From NCBI GenBank assembly GCA_963826525.1, contig CAWGXH010000004.1, positions 736,001 to 800,000 on the forward strand: DNA of 64,000 nt, written 5' to 3'. The notes below the pieces were generated by a model that saw only the letters and a program-made list of their open reading frames with translations, searched no databases and had not been told where the DNA came from. This DNA is from an uncultured Methanomicrobiaceae archaeon. Lineage in GTDB: Archaea > Halobacteriota > Methanomicrobia > Methanomicrobiales > Methanoculleaceae. Shown one piece after another: positions 34,254 through 44,627 of the stretch. The translations under genes were made by a program, and so were the position numbers. How positions within the stretch are numbered: position 1 is the stretch's first letter; every line of letters starts with the position of its first letter.

Positions 34254-36080
34254 CGGCGGCGGCCGCGGCCGGTCCCGCCCTCGTATTCTTCTCTTCCCCG
34301 GGGTGATCGATCGCCCACGCCGCGAGCACGTGCGAAAGATGCGTGAGCGCCTGTGGGAAGTTGCCGAGCATTACCCGGCCGACCCCGTCGATCTCCTCTG
34401 AGAAGAGGCCGAGGGGGCTTGCGGCGCGGTAGGCCCGTGCGTACCAGTCCCGGGCACTCTCGATATCGCCCTGGTTTGCTTTCACCGTCGCCATCCAGAA
34501 GCAGGCGGGGAGGAACGCGCCTTCCCTGCCCTGTAGGTTGTCGTCGATGATGTAGCGCTGCAGGTAGCCCTCCTCGTCGAGCTGGTCTTCGATGTAGCGC
34601 ACCGTCCCGGCGAACCGCTCGTGGCCGTACTCCGTCACCCCCACGATCGGGAAGAGGAGCATCGCCACGTCGGCATCGTTCCGGACGGTCATCTGGGTGT
34701 ATGCCCCGACCTCGGCGCTGTAGCCCTCGGTGTCCACGTAACTCCAGATATCGTCCCTGACACGCTCCCAGCGCTCCAGGGGTGCGGGAAACCCGTTCTC
34801 GGTCGCGATCTCGATCCCGCGGCGGACGGCCATGTACGCCATCGCTTTCGAGAAGATCTGCTGGTAGTTCCCGCCCCGGATCTCCCAGATCCCGGCATCG
34901 GGCCGCCGCCAGTTTTCGCAGACCCAGTCGACGAGCCGCCGGAGCGCCTCCCAAATCGCCGGCCCCTCCGGCCCCTGCATCAGCCGCGGCGCCCGGTGGA
35001 AGCAGAGCATCACCTCGCCGAAGGTGTCGAGCTGGAACTGCCTGCCCGCTCCGTTCCCGATGTGGACGGGCGTCGAGTGCCGGTAGCCTTCCGCCCGGTC
35101 GAGGTCACGCTCCTCGACCTCCCGGCCGAGATCGACACGGTAAAGCGGCTGGAGCCGCTCGGGCGGGTCCCGGCGGAGGAGCGAGGCGAGCCACCACCGG
35201 AATGCGTCGGCCTCCTCCGTATACCCCGTCGACTCGAACGCCATCACGATAAAGACCCCGTCGCGGAGCCAGACGTAGCGGTAGTCCCAGTTCCTCTTCC
35301 CGCCCGGCTGCTCGGGGAGCCCGAGCGATGGAGCGGCGACGAAGGTGCCTGTCGGCTGGTACTGAAGCAGCTTCAGTGTGAGGAGGCTTCGGAGGACGTC
35401 CGGCCGGTGCTCGCCGGTGTGGGTGCAGCGGCACGACCATTCCCGCCAGTATGTCCTGGTCGCTGCGAGCAGCTGCTTTGCATACCTGCGGGGATCGGGG
35501 CATTCCGCCCGGTGTCCATAGGCGAGGACGAAGGCGTGGACGTCCCCGTCGCCGAACCGGATCGTCGTCTCCGCTCGCTGCCCCGTGACCTCCGGCTCCG
35601 CCGTGCAGAAGAGCCGGAGGGTCTTGCTCTCTCCACGCGCAACGACGCCGTTTCCCTCCGCGGTGAGGACGGGTTCCTCCTCCCCATAGCGGAAGGCGGG
35701 AAAGAACTCCATGGTGACGTCGATGGGGAGCCCCTTCGACGAGACCAGGCGCACGAGGAGCGGCACGCTGCTGCGGGGGTAGGGCATGAACGTCGTCATC
35801 CGGACGGTGGCATCTGCCGTTCCGAGGTCAGAGACCAGAATGTTCGTCTCCTCCTCGTAGTACCGAAGAGATCTTGTGGTGCACGGGAAGCCCGGTCGCG
35901 AAGTAGCCGCCCTTCCGGACATCGACGAGGCGGGAAAAGACGGCTCGGCCCGTCGAACCGTTCGGGGCACCACCACTCCACGACCCCCTCGTCCGTGACG
36001 AGTGCGGCGGTATGTCCGTCCCCGACCATCCCGATCTGTGAGAGGTCGGGATACGGTGTGAGTGTGAGCGGTCGAATCAT
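34135..36080 (-). CDS. Glycoside hydrolase family 15 (glucoamylase/trehalase-like); frameshifted near 35860-35940, 3' end uncertain
   Basis: GMVGDGHTAALV..WWC.ERFDGPS N-terminus, RNWDYRYVWLRD, GIWEIRG, GLFSEE and LGNFPQALTH motifs. Confidence 0.88.
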
Positions 36081-36296
36081 GCTCCCCATTCCATGTTTCG
36101 CATCAGCCCGCCCCCGCCCGTGCGAATGCCACGGCGGCCGCATGCCCTGTTCCCTGGCCGGAACCGGTGACGACCGCTATCGCTCCTTTCAGTCTTCCGG
36201 CCATACTGTTCACCGCTCCCGCTCGGAGTTTATCGCACTTAAGGGTATGTGCCCTGCCGGGACGGGGCGCGGGCTCGTAGATAAATAGAAGATTTT

Positions 36297-36329
36297 TCTG
36301 GTTGCAGGAAGACCATTACTGCAACCAGA
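36297..36329. promoter_or_regulatory. Perfect 11-bp inverted repeat (operator or hairpin) just downstream of a TATA-like box
   Basis: TCTGGTTGCAG-N11-CTGCAACCAGA; ATAAATA at 36281-36287. Confidence 0.5.
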
Positions 36330-36387
36330 TCGTATTTCACCCGGTCAGGGAGCGGGCGGTGCGGTCTTTGGGATAGTTTGGTGGAGC

Positions 36388-37546
36388 ATGGGCATTCTGG
36401 ATGCATTCTTCGGATCGAGTCCGGAGGCTCTGATCGGCCAGGGACGCGTGTACGCCGGGAAGGGGGTGTATGAGGAGGCACTCCGCTGCTTCGACGAGGC
36501 GCTCGGGCTCGACCCGAAAGCGACCGCCGCGTGGTACGAAAAAGGATGCGTCCTCAGCCTGACCGGCCGGCACCGCGAGGCGCTCCAGTGCCTGTACACC
36601 GTTATCAGAAGCGACCCGAAGCATACGGCGGCCTGGAACCGGATGGGGCTTGCTCACCGGGAGCTCGGAAGTCACCAGGACGCCCTGCAGTGCTTCGAGA
36701 GGGCCGCCCGTATCGCCCCCGAGGATGCTGAGGCCTGGAACAATATGGGTCTTGTCCTGATGGAGATGGGGAAGAACGAGGATGCGCTCCGCTGTTTTGG
36801 CAGGAGGGTCGCCATCACCCCCGGGAGCGCTGCGTCGTGGTATCGGAAAGCAGATGCCCTTCGTGCCCTCGGCCGCTACGAGGACGCGATCGAGTGCTAC
36901 TCGGCGTACCTCGGCCTCTTCCCGAAGGACGGCGGTGCATGGGTTCGTCTTGGGTGCACCCTCCGGACGGTGCACCGCTATGCGGAAGCCGTCTCCTGCT
37001 TCGACCGTGCGATCAAGATTGATCGCGGCGATGCCGGCGCCTGGAATGAGAGGGGTGTCACCCTCAAGAAGGCAGGGGATATCCGGCAGGCGCTCCGATC
37101 CTTTGACCGCTCGCTGAAGGCCGATCCGGAGAACGCCGTGGTCTGGGCTAACAAAGCCCTGGTTCTCCATGACCTTTCCCGGGACGAGGAGGCCGCTGAC
37201 TGCTACCTGCACGCCCTCGGGCTCGACCCTGAGAACACCGACCTCCTCTACCGGCTCGGGACGACCTACGACGGTCTCGGGCAGCGAAGCGAGGCGCTCG
37301 CGTACTATACCCGGTACCTGAACGTTCGACCGGAGAACGGCTATGCCTGGCTCCGCACAGGTATCGCCTTCCAGCAGGAGGGGGATCACGCCATGGCACT
37401 CCGCTGTTTTAAGAAGGCGCTCTCTATCGACGGGAATGATGCCGATGCCTGGCACTACCGGGGTCTTACGCACCAGAGTCTCGGTGAAGAGGCGAAGGCG
37501 GAGGCGTGTTTCCGGAAAGCACGCGAGGCGATGCTGAAGTACCTGA
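36388..37546 (+). CDS. Tetratricopeptide repeat protein
   Basis: About 10 TPR units (AWY.KG..L..LGR..EAL.CFD.AL). True stop is probably TGA 37544-37546, shifted out of frame at a GTAC site. Confidence 0.85.
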
Positions 37547-37556
37547 TCGCTGCCGC

Positions 37557-37868
37557 TTACATCCTGTTTACGGCCTCTCTTCCGGTCATCCCGGGTTCGA
37601 CACGGTGCTGGACGGCATGCAGGTTGGCCGCCTTGACCTCGCCGTCGAGGAGGTCGTCGATGCTCTCGATTGCCATTCCTTCTCCGGCGTGCACGATCGC
37701 TGCAGGAACCCCGAGGTTCTCGAGCGCTTCGATATCGAATCCTGCCGTCCCGATCATCCCGGTCTCGGTGACGACCGCCATCAGTTTTGCCGGCCCTACC
37801 GGGATGACGTAGCTGTAGGCGTCTTTATACGCGAGCCTGATTCGCTCGTGCATCATCTCCTGTTGCAT
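37557..37868 (-). CDS. YunC/DUF1805 family protein
   Basis: G.IG...FDIEAL, IDDLLDGEV..AN and GMTGREA pattern. Confidence 0.75.
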   Translation of the reverse strand: MQQEMMHERIRLAYKDAYSYVIPVGPAKLMAVVTETGMIGTAGFDIEALENLGVPAAIVHAGEGMAIESIDDLLDGEVKAANLHAVQHRVEPGMTGREAVNRM

Positions 37869-37996
37869 GGCCCCCGGGGTGGGTGCGCACGGTAATAAGC
37901 CTTATGCCCCGCCCGGTCCGGGACGGCAGCATCACTCTTATTACGTCTCCGGGCGCACGTTCGTGCGACCACACCGACGTGGCAGGCATCTGTGCT

Positions 37997-39082
37997 ATGA
38001 CACCAGTTTCGGAGATCCTCGACGACGTGCTCGCCGGCCACCGCCTCACCGAGGAGGAGGCCGCAGAGCTGATGCAGGTTCGTGGTCGGGACGTCTTTCT
38101 GATCGCGGCGGCAGCGGATACGCTCCGTGAGCGGATCGCCGGCGACCCGATCACCTACGTCAGAAACCAGAACATCAACGTTACCAACCTCTGCGTTAAC
38201 ACCTGCGGGTTCTGCGGTTTCTCAAAGAAGCCCGGCGACGAGGGGGTGTATGACTACGGCAGAGAGATCATCCGCGCAAAAGCAGAGCAGGCACGCGAGC
38301 GGGACGTGACCGAGATCTGCACAGTGAGCGGTCTGCACCCTGCTTTCTCCGCGCAGTCTTACATCGACATCATCGGCTGGCTCCGCGAAGGAGCCCCGGA
38401 TGTTCACATCCACGCGAGCAACCCGATGGAGGTTGCCTACGCCGCTGAAAAGAGCGGCATCTCCACGGAGGAGGTGCTCCGGGAACTGCAGAAGGCAGGT
38501 CTCGGGACGCTCTGCGGGACGGCGGCGGAAATTCTGGTCGACGATATTCGGCAGGTGATCTGCCCGGGAAAGATCGATACCGAGACCTGGATCCGGATAG
38601 TGAAGGAGGCGCACGCACTCGGCATCCGGTCGACCGCGACGATCATGTACGGCCATATCGAGTCCGCGGAGGATAGGGTCAGGCATCTTTCTATCCTCCG
38701 GGAGATACAGGATGAGACCGGCGGCTTTACCGAGTTTGTGCCGCTCTCCTTCATCCATATGAACACCCCTATCTATCGGGCGGGGCTCGCCCGCCCCGGC
38801 GCAACGGGCAGGGAAGACCTCCTGATGTACGCGGTTTCCCGGCTCTTTCTCGACAATATCAGGAATATCCAGGTCTCCTGGGTGAAGCTCGGGGTCAAGT
38901 TCTCCCAGCTCATGCTCCTTGCCGGCGCAAACGACCTCGGCGGCACGATGTTTGAGGAGAGCATCTCGAAGGGCGCCGGGGCGCGGGATACCGATTACCT
39001 CGACCCCGGGGTGATGCGGCGGATGGCCGAGGACATCGGCCGATCGCTCCGGCAGCGGACGACGCTCTACGAGCGGGTCTGA
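37997..39082 (+). CDS. cofH: FO synthase subunit CofH, paralogue 2
   Basis: CVNTCGFC, GTAAEIL, TIMYGHIE, NIQVSWVKLG and GANDLGGTMFEESIS motifs. Confidence 0.92.
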   Translation: MTPVSEILDDVLAGHRLTEEEAAELMQVRGRDVFLIAAAADTLRERIAGDPITYVRNQNINVTNLCVNTCGFCGFSKKPGDEGVYDYGREIIRAKAEQARERDVTEICTVSGLHPAFSAQSYIDIIGWLREGAPDVHIHASNPMEVAYAAEKSGISTEEVLRELQKAGLGTLCGTAAEILVDDIRQVICPGKIDTETWIRIVKEAHALGIRSTATIMYGHIESAEDRVRHLSILREIQDETGGFTEFVPLSFIHMNTPIYRAGLARPGATGREDLLMYAVSRLFLDNIRNIQVSWVKLGVKFSQLMLLAGANDLGGTMFEESISKGAGARDTDYLDPGVMRRMAEDIGRSLRQRTTLYERV

Positions 39083-39090
39083 TCGCTGCC

Positions 39091-39374
39091 TTACGAGAGG
39101 AGATCGAGCGCTTCCTTCCCGGAGATCCCCTCGGTCACACCGAGCCTCCGGGCGGATTCGTTCGCCTCCCTGACGGCACGGTCGCCACGCTCGTCCCCTG
39201 CCCGGGCCGCACCCGTGCTGCCGGATAGCCGAAGGTTTGCAGGGCAGCGACATCGATGGCACCGCACCCGACAAGCCCGTGTACGGCAACGACGGCGACA
39301 AGATTGATACCCCCAAGGGGGATGACGTATCCGGCGCCCTCGGAACGCTCAAGCGGAACAGAAATCCTTTCCAT
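39091..39374 (-). CDS. Second YunC/DUF1805 family protein with an apparent internal deletion or frameshift (possible pseudogene)
   Basis: MERISVPL...GLVGCGAIDVAAL...TSVATV, then a frame change to AVREANESARRLGVTEGISGKEALDLLS-stop. The DDLL segment present in the paralogue is missing. Confidence 0.65.
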
Positions 39375-39560
39375 TGCTACCCTGCAGCGGAGGCTTACCT
39401 GATAAGCATTCCCGGGACGCTTCGGCAGATCCAGTCGTAACCTTCCCATCCGGTCACCGGTGCAGTCCTGATTTTTATAATCCTGACAAAATTTAAATAC
39501 CCGCCCCCTGATACAGGGAAATCTCATCCGGCAGTAGGCCGGATAGGGAGGGGTGAAAAG

Positions 39561-39719
39561 ATGGTAAACGGTTTACTCGGGCTTGCGATCCTGTTTTTTA
39601 TCCTGGCATTGGTCTTTGCAGTGCTCGGTGCACGGGGCATCGCGGGCATCTCCATGTCGATAGCAAAGTGGTTGGTGATCATCTTCATTGTGCTTGCCAT
39701 TATAGCGCTCTTGCTCTAG
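39561..39719 (+). CDS. DUF1328/UPF0391 small membrane protein (52 aa, absent from the ORF track)
   Basis: [52 protein letters not shown]; SD-like GGAGGGGTGA and TTTAAATA box upstream. Confidence 0.85.
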   Translation: MVNGLLGLAILFFILALVFAVLGARGIAGISMSIAKWLVIIFIVLAIIALLL

Positions 39720-39819
39720 TTGCTGCCTGGCTCCGGGCAGCGAGGGTCAGGAGATCCAATTTTTCTTTTCGGGGCGCCACAAGAAAAAAAGACGGGGATC
39801 GGTGGCAGGACGCCTATCA

Positions 39820-40371
39820 TCAGTCCGCCGGCTGGAGGAGATTGACGATGGTCTCTGCAACGTCCTTTGCTTTCTGCATCGCCCGCTTATCAAGCATGAT
39901 ATCCCCCGGAGCATACCCTTTCCCGCAGACGTAGCCGAGATATGCGAACTCGTGGGTGTTAAGGAACCCTTCGAGCGTTTCTAAAGCGCGTTCGCACCCC
40001 CGGTCTGCGCAGACGGTGACCGCAACCGCCTTTCTCCCGGCGAGCCTTCTGTCGTGGTAGAGAGAGTAGGTGCGGTCGATAAAGTTCTTCAGCTGCCCGC
40101 TCACGTCGTAGTAGTAGGTCGGCGACCCGAGCACCAGCACCTCACACTCGAGGATCCGATCGACGATCGAAGCCCAGTCGTCGTCTTCGGTGGCACACCA
40201 CTTCGCTGTCCGGCAGACCTCGCACCCGGTGCATGGGCGGATCTCCTTATCGGCAAGTGAGATGAACTCGGTCTCGATCCCCGCCTCTTTCACGTGATCG
40301 AGTATGACGTTGACGAGCTGTGCGGTATTCCCGCTCGCGCGCATGCTGCCTGAAATGCCGAGAACCTTCAT
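39820..40371 (-). CDS. Iron-sulfur flavoprotein / NADPH-dependent FMN reductase family
   Basis: GISGSMR.SGNT, CTGCEVC.....C, GSPTYY and LKNFIDR motifs. Confidence 0.9.
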   Translation of the reverse strand: MKVLGISGSMRASGNTAQLVNVILDHVKEAGIETEFISLADKEIRPCTGCEVCRTAKWCATEDDDWASIVDRILECEVLVLGSPTYYYDVSGQLKNFIDRTYSLYHDRRLAGRKAVAVTVCADRGCERALETLEGFLNTHEFAYLGYVCGKGYAPGDIMLDKRAMQKAKDVAETIVNLLQPAD

Positions 40372-40383
40372 ACTGTATCCTTG

Positions 40384-40824
40384 TCACTCTCGTTCTTGAT
40401 AGTATTGATACCGGCATGCGAGCCCAAGCGCCCGGAACGCCGCGAAAACCTCGCCGGCCGGGTCATCCGGCCGCCGGAAGAGGTGCGATCGGCAGCGGCA
40501 GTCGCTGGAGCCGAATCCGGGTACCACCTCACCGCCGATCAGCCTTGCAAGATCGCACTCGACCCGCCGGTCGGTCGGGGCGGAGACGACGGCCGCGAGG
40601 GTAAACCCCGGATCGAGGAGCAGGTAGTCGACGTGCCACCGGGGAGATCGGTCACGCTCCCGGGAGAGGCGGACGTGCCGTTCCGCCCGGCCAAGGCCGC
40701 CGCTTCCGAGGGCCGAGCCGACGTAGCAGTGCCAGCCTCCCGGAAAGGCAATGGTACCCAGGCTGCCGATCCGGATCTCCCGGGGACGGTTTGCAAAGAG
40801 AAGGCAGTAGACCCCTTTATCCAT
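40384..40824 (-). CDS. GIY-YIG (DUF123/Uri) nuclease family protein
   Basis: KGVYCL, YVGSA, WHVDYL and GFGSSDCRCRSHL motifs. Confidence 0.85.
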   Translation of the reverse strand: MDKGVYCLLFANRPREIRIGSLGTIAFPGGWHCYVGSALGSGGLGRAERHVRLSRERDRSPRWHVDYLLLDPGFTLAAVVSAPTDRRVECDLARLIGGEVVPGFGSSDCRCRSHLFRRPDDPAGEVFAAFRALGLACRYQYYQERE

Positions 40825-41416
40825 AAGTCTTCATGAGATCGCGGGCGGCGGCGATATGCCGCTCTCCACCGCTTGCGACCGGCTCACCGTGCCCCGGGTA
40901 GAGGCCGTCGACCGGAAGGGCGGCGAGCCGTTCGAGGGATGCCGCAAGCGCGATCCGGTCGCCGCCCGGGAAGTCGTACCTGCCGAACGACCCGCCGGTA
41001 AAGACGGTATCGCCCGAGAAGAGGATCCGCGTTTCCCGGTCGTAGAGCGAGATGCACCCGGGCGTGTGCCCGGGGGTGTGGATGACCTCGAGGCTCCCGA
41101 TCCTCTCACCGTCCGTGAGGGTACGGTCCGGGACGATACCCTTTGTTCGCGCTCCAAAGAGCATGGCGAGGTTCCGCGTATCCTCGAGAAGCCCCGGTGC
41201 GTCGAGCTCGTGGATGCAGAGCGTTGCATCGCACATCCGGGCAATCTCGGCCGCATACGCGGTATGATCGTAGTGGCAGTGCGTGAGGACGATCGTCTCG
41301 ATCCGGTCCTTATACGCTTCGAGCGCCATCGGGGGAACGCCCGCATCAACGAGGATATTTCCGTATACAAATGAATTGGCAGCCTGTGCGCCGCTCGTTA
41401 TCCACCGGACTGGCAT
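40817..41416 (-). CDS. Metallo-beta-lactamase fold hydrolase
   Basis: THCHYDH, HTPGHTPG, FSGD and PGHG motifs. Confidence 0.9.
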   Translation of the reverse strand: MPVRWITSGAQAANSFVYGNILVDAGVPPMALEAYKDRIETIVLTHCHYDHTAYAAEIARMCDATLCIHELDAPGLLEDTRNLAMLFGARTKGIVPDRTLTDGERIGSLEVIHTPGHTPGCISLYDRETRILFSGDTVFTGGSFGRYDFPGGDRIALAASLERLAALPVDGLYPGHGEPVASGGERHIAAARDLMKTYG

Positions 41417-41450
41417 GTACACTAATAAGGATTCCAGACAAATGTGTCTT

Positions 41451-42722
41451 ATGCATACCCTGATCACAGCCTGCCTGAACGGAGTCCCCCCCGAGGTCGA
41501 GGCTATCGCGCGAGATGAAGGGCTGAATCCTCATCATGCGGCGAAAGCGGTCGCCCGCGGCCGTATCGTGATCCCGGCGAACCCCCACCGGCCGCACCGG
41601 CTCTGCGCCATCGGCGAGGGGTGCCGGGTACGGGTCAACGTCAACGTCGGGACGTCTGCGAACCTCTGCGACCCCGATCTTGAGGTCGCGAAGGGCAGGG
41701 CGGCGCTGGCACAGGGTGCCGATGCCCTCATGGACCTCTCCACCGCAGGCGACCTCTCGGAGATCAGAAAGCGTCTCCTCACGCTCGACGCCCCGCTCGG
41801 AACGGTGCCGATCTACGAGGCCGTCCGTCGTGCCGGCAGTGCCGCCGATATCGACGCGGACACCCTTTTTTCGGTCATCCGGGATCACTGCCGGCAGGGT
41901 GTCGATTTTCTGACGCTCCACTGCGGGGTGAACCGCGAGGCGTTCGAGGCGCTGAAGCTCGATCCCCGGGTTATGGGCGTTGTCAGCCGCGGCGGTGCGT
42001 TCCACATCGCGATGATGGCGGCGACGGGTGAAGAAAACCCGCTCTATGCGGAGTACGACTACCTGCTCGAGATCCTGGCGGAACACGACGTCGTCGTCAG
42101 CCTCGGAGACGGCATGCGGCCGGGCGCCTTCGTCGATGCGACCCGGCTTGCCAAAACGACGGAGTACCTCACGCTTGGCCGCCTCGCCCGCCGGGCGCTC
42201 TCCGCCGGTGTCCAGAGGATGATCGAAGGGCCCGGGCATATCCCGGTCGACCAGATCGGCTACAACGTCCAGATGCTCAAGGAACTGACCGAAGGAGCGC
42301 CCCTCTACCTCCTCGGCCCGCTCGTCACCGACCTCGCCCCCGGCTACGACCACGTGGTCGCGGCGATCGGCGGCGTCGTTGCCTGCCAGAACGGAGCGGA
42401 CTTCCTCTGCATGGTCTCACCGAGCGAACACCTCGCGCTCCCCCGCCTCCAGGATATCGAAGAGGGCACCCGGGTCGCCCGGATCGCCGCTCACGTCGGT
42501 GACCTGCTCCGGAACAACACGGGCAGCCGGAACCGGGAACATCGGATGGCAGAGGCGCGGCGGAGCCTCGACTGGGATGCACAGTTCGAAGCAGCGCTCT
42601 TCGGCGACATCGCCCGGAAGATCCACGAACGCGACGGCGAACTTGATACCTGCTCGATGTGCGGCGATCTCTGCGCCGTCAAGATGGTTCGGGATATCCT
42701 CAACCCGCCGTCGGACGATTAG
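41451..42722 (+). CDS. thiC: Phosphomethylpyrimidine synthase
   Basis: MDLST, GTVPIYE, VSRGG, SLGDGMRPG, EGPGH and C-terminal CSMCG.LC motifs. Confidence 0.93.
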   Translation: MHTLITACLNGVPPEVEAIARDEGLNPHHAAKAVARGRIVIPANPHRPHRLCAIGEGCRVRVNVNVGTSANLCDPDLEVAKGRAALAQGADALMDLSTAGDLSEIRKRLLTLDAPLGTVPIYEAVRRAGSAADIDADTLFSVIRDHCRQGVDFLTLHCGVNREAFEALKLDPRVMGVVSRGGAFHIAMMAATGEENPLYAEYDYLLEILAEHDVVVSLGDGMRPGAFVDATRLAKTTEYLTLGRLARRALSAGVQRMIEGPGHIPVDQIGYNVQMLKELTEGAPLYLLGPLVTDLAPGYDHVVAAIGGVVACQNGADFLCMVSPSEHLALPRLQDIEEGTRVARIAAHVGDLLRNNTGSRNREHRMAEARRSLDWDAQFEAALFGDIARKIHERDGELDTCSMCGDLCAVKMVRDILNPPSDD

Positions 42723-43387
42723 CGGATACGGTGCAGCTGATTTCCTCCCTTCTCCGCCCGCCGCTCTTTTATCTTTTTGATCCGGAGGAGCCGTGTCCGC
42801 TCCTCCCGCTCCATCTCGTCCCGCCGGAGTTCGATGGTCATCCGTTTCTCAAGGAGGTCGGGGATCACCTTGAACTCAAGTGCGTTCACCCGCCGCCGCA
42901 TCCGTTCGATCTCGACGACGAGCTTCGTGACGCTGCCCTCCGCCTCGGCGGTCGCGAGGATCTGCTCGATGAGATCCTCGAAGGCATCCGCCGCATCGTC
43001 AATGACCGACGCAGTGCCGAGGAGCCCGTACCCCCGCTCATCGAGGGTCTTGTGGATATTCTCGCCCTCGAGTTCGGGAAGGGGCACGCCGAAGACATTC
43101 CGGTGGGTAAGAAGGATGGTCGGGTACTCCTCAACCGAGAATGCGGCGAGCATCACGCCGGTCGCCCCCTCCATCATCGTCGCCGCCGCGATCTCCTCCC
43201 GTGCATCGCGGTAGCGCTCCTCAAGTTCGTCCCGGCGCCGTCTGGCCTCGCCCGCCCTCCGCGAGAGCTCGAGGATCAGGCCGTCGAGCTTGCGTTTCAG
43301 GACGGTATGCGCCCGGTCGGCGAGCGCGATCTGCCGCCGGGTAGCGAGCAGTTCGGAGCGTGTCGCCCTGACCTCCCCTATTGCCAT
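42719..43387 (-). CDS. atpD: A/V-type ATP synthase subunit D (orphan paralogue)
   Basis: TRSELL, LKRKLDGL, NVFGVPLP, RRVNALEFKVIP and EMEREE..RL motifs. Confidence 0.88.
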   Translation of the reverse strand: MAIGEVRATRSELLATRRQIALADRAHTVLKRKLDGLILELSRRAGEARRRRDELEERYRDAREEIAAATMMEGATGVMLAAFSVEEYPTILLTHRNVFGVPLPELEGENIHKTLDERGYGLLGTASVIDDAADAFEDLIEQILATAEAEGSVTKLVVEIERMRRRVNALEFKVIPDLLEKRMTIELRRDEMEREERTRLLRIKKIKERRAEKGGNQLHRIR

Positions 43388-43430
43388 CGCAGATCACCCT
43401 GCATCCGTATCATCTCCCCCGTGCTGCCGG

Positions 43431-44557
43431 TCACAGCACCAGGTACCTCCGTATCCGCTCGAGAGGGAGATCAAACTCTTTGCCGCGGGCGATGGCGCGG
43501 AGGTTGCCGACCTCGTACCGTTTGTGTTCGAGATACGAGAGGATCGGAAGCGCCGAGAAGGCGTGTCGCCGCGCCATTCTGTCCATGCGGTGGAGCCGTA
43601 CCCGGGTTATGGCGACCTCGATCTCGTGACCGGTACGCTTCCGGGCATGCCACCGCTCCCAGATCCGTTCCGCCGCCGCCTCCTGGTCGAGCGACTCGTC
43701 CCCGCGGACCTCCCGCAGTGCACGGGTGAGGATCGGGAGGATATCGGTCTGTTTGAAGGCGTTGATGAACTCTTCGCGCCTTTCCATGCTGTACATCCGC
43801 TGGAAGACCTCGATCGGGATCTCCCCCCCCGGAATCATGCTCCTCCGGATAGTCCGTATGTCGCAGGCACCCTTCCCGCAGCGAAGCCGCATGAGGTTCT
43901 TCATGTTGGTGATATCGATCTCGAAGCGGAGGTAGCGGGCGAGAACATCGCCGCCTCTGACACCGCCTCTTATATCGGCGAGGAGATCGGCGTAGGTACC
44001 TGCTTGTAGAGTTCGTTCTCGAGTTCTGCAAAGGCACCCTTCTCCTCGCACGACCGGTAGTTTTCGGCGATGACCGGGGCGAGCACCCAGCCCCCGAGCT
44101 CCTCCGCCACCCGGTCGCATGACGCCAGATCGAGGAGGTACTCGAGGTGCTGAGGGGGATCTCTCCTGCGGGGACGATGTACCTCCCGTATCTGCTCCCG
44201 TGGGATATCGTGCTCGATCCCCCGGAAGATCGCCATGACGTTTGAGATATCCCACCGGTTCAGGTACCGGGAGACGAGCGTGTGGAGGTCTCCCTGGCTG
44301 ATCCGGAGCGCGCTTCGAAAGGTGCGTGCCAGGTTCCGATTGAGGGCGGCCTCGATGAGATCGGTACCGGAGAGGGTCTGTGCAAGCCCGACGATCTCCT
44401 CGCCGTAGTCACCCTTGCTGAGAAAATGAGCGATCTCGGGGAGGCTCAGGTGAAGAATCCGTGTGTATTCCTCCCGGGGGTAGAGCAGCGTTTTGCGCAC
44501 CCTGAATCTGGTGCAGACATAGATGCACCCCGGACTCGGAAAACCGCCCGTTATCAT
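43431..44557 (-). CDS. atpC: A/V-type ATP synthase subunit C (orphan paralogue; frameshifts near 43996 and 44150-44180)
   Basis: Y...RFRVRK..L, IEAALNRNLA, RWDI.N, EIDITN and EV.NLRAIARGK motifs. Confidence 0.82.
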
Positions 44558-44627
44558 CTCTTTTTCTCCTCCCTGACGGCGGTTTACTACGAAATGCCGT
44601 GGAAACCCCGCCTTCCGTCCACAGGGG

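Noticed and set aside
37546-37812. Long convergent overlap between the TPR gene and the YunC gene
   Set aside because: Probably an artefact: removing one base at the GTAC near 37541 puts TGA 37544-37546 in frame.
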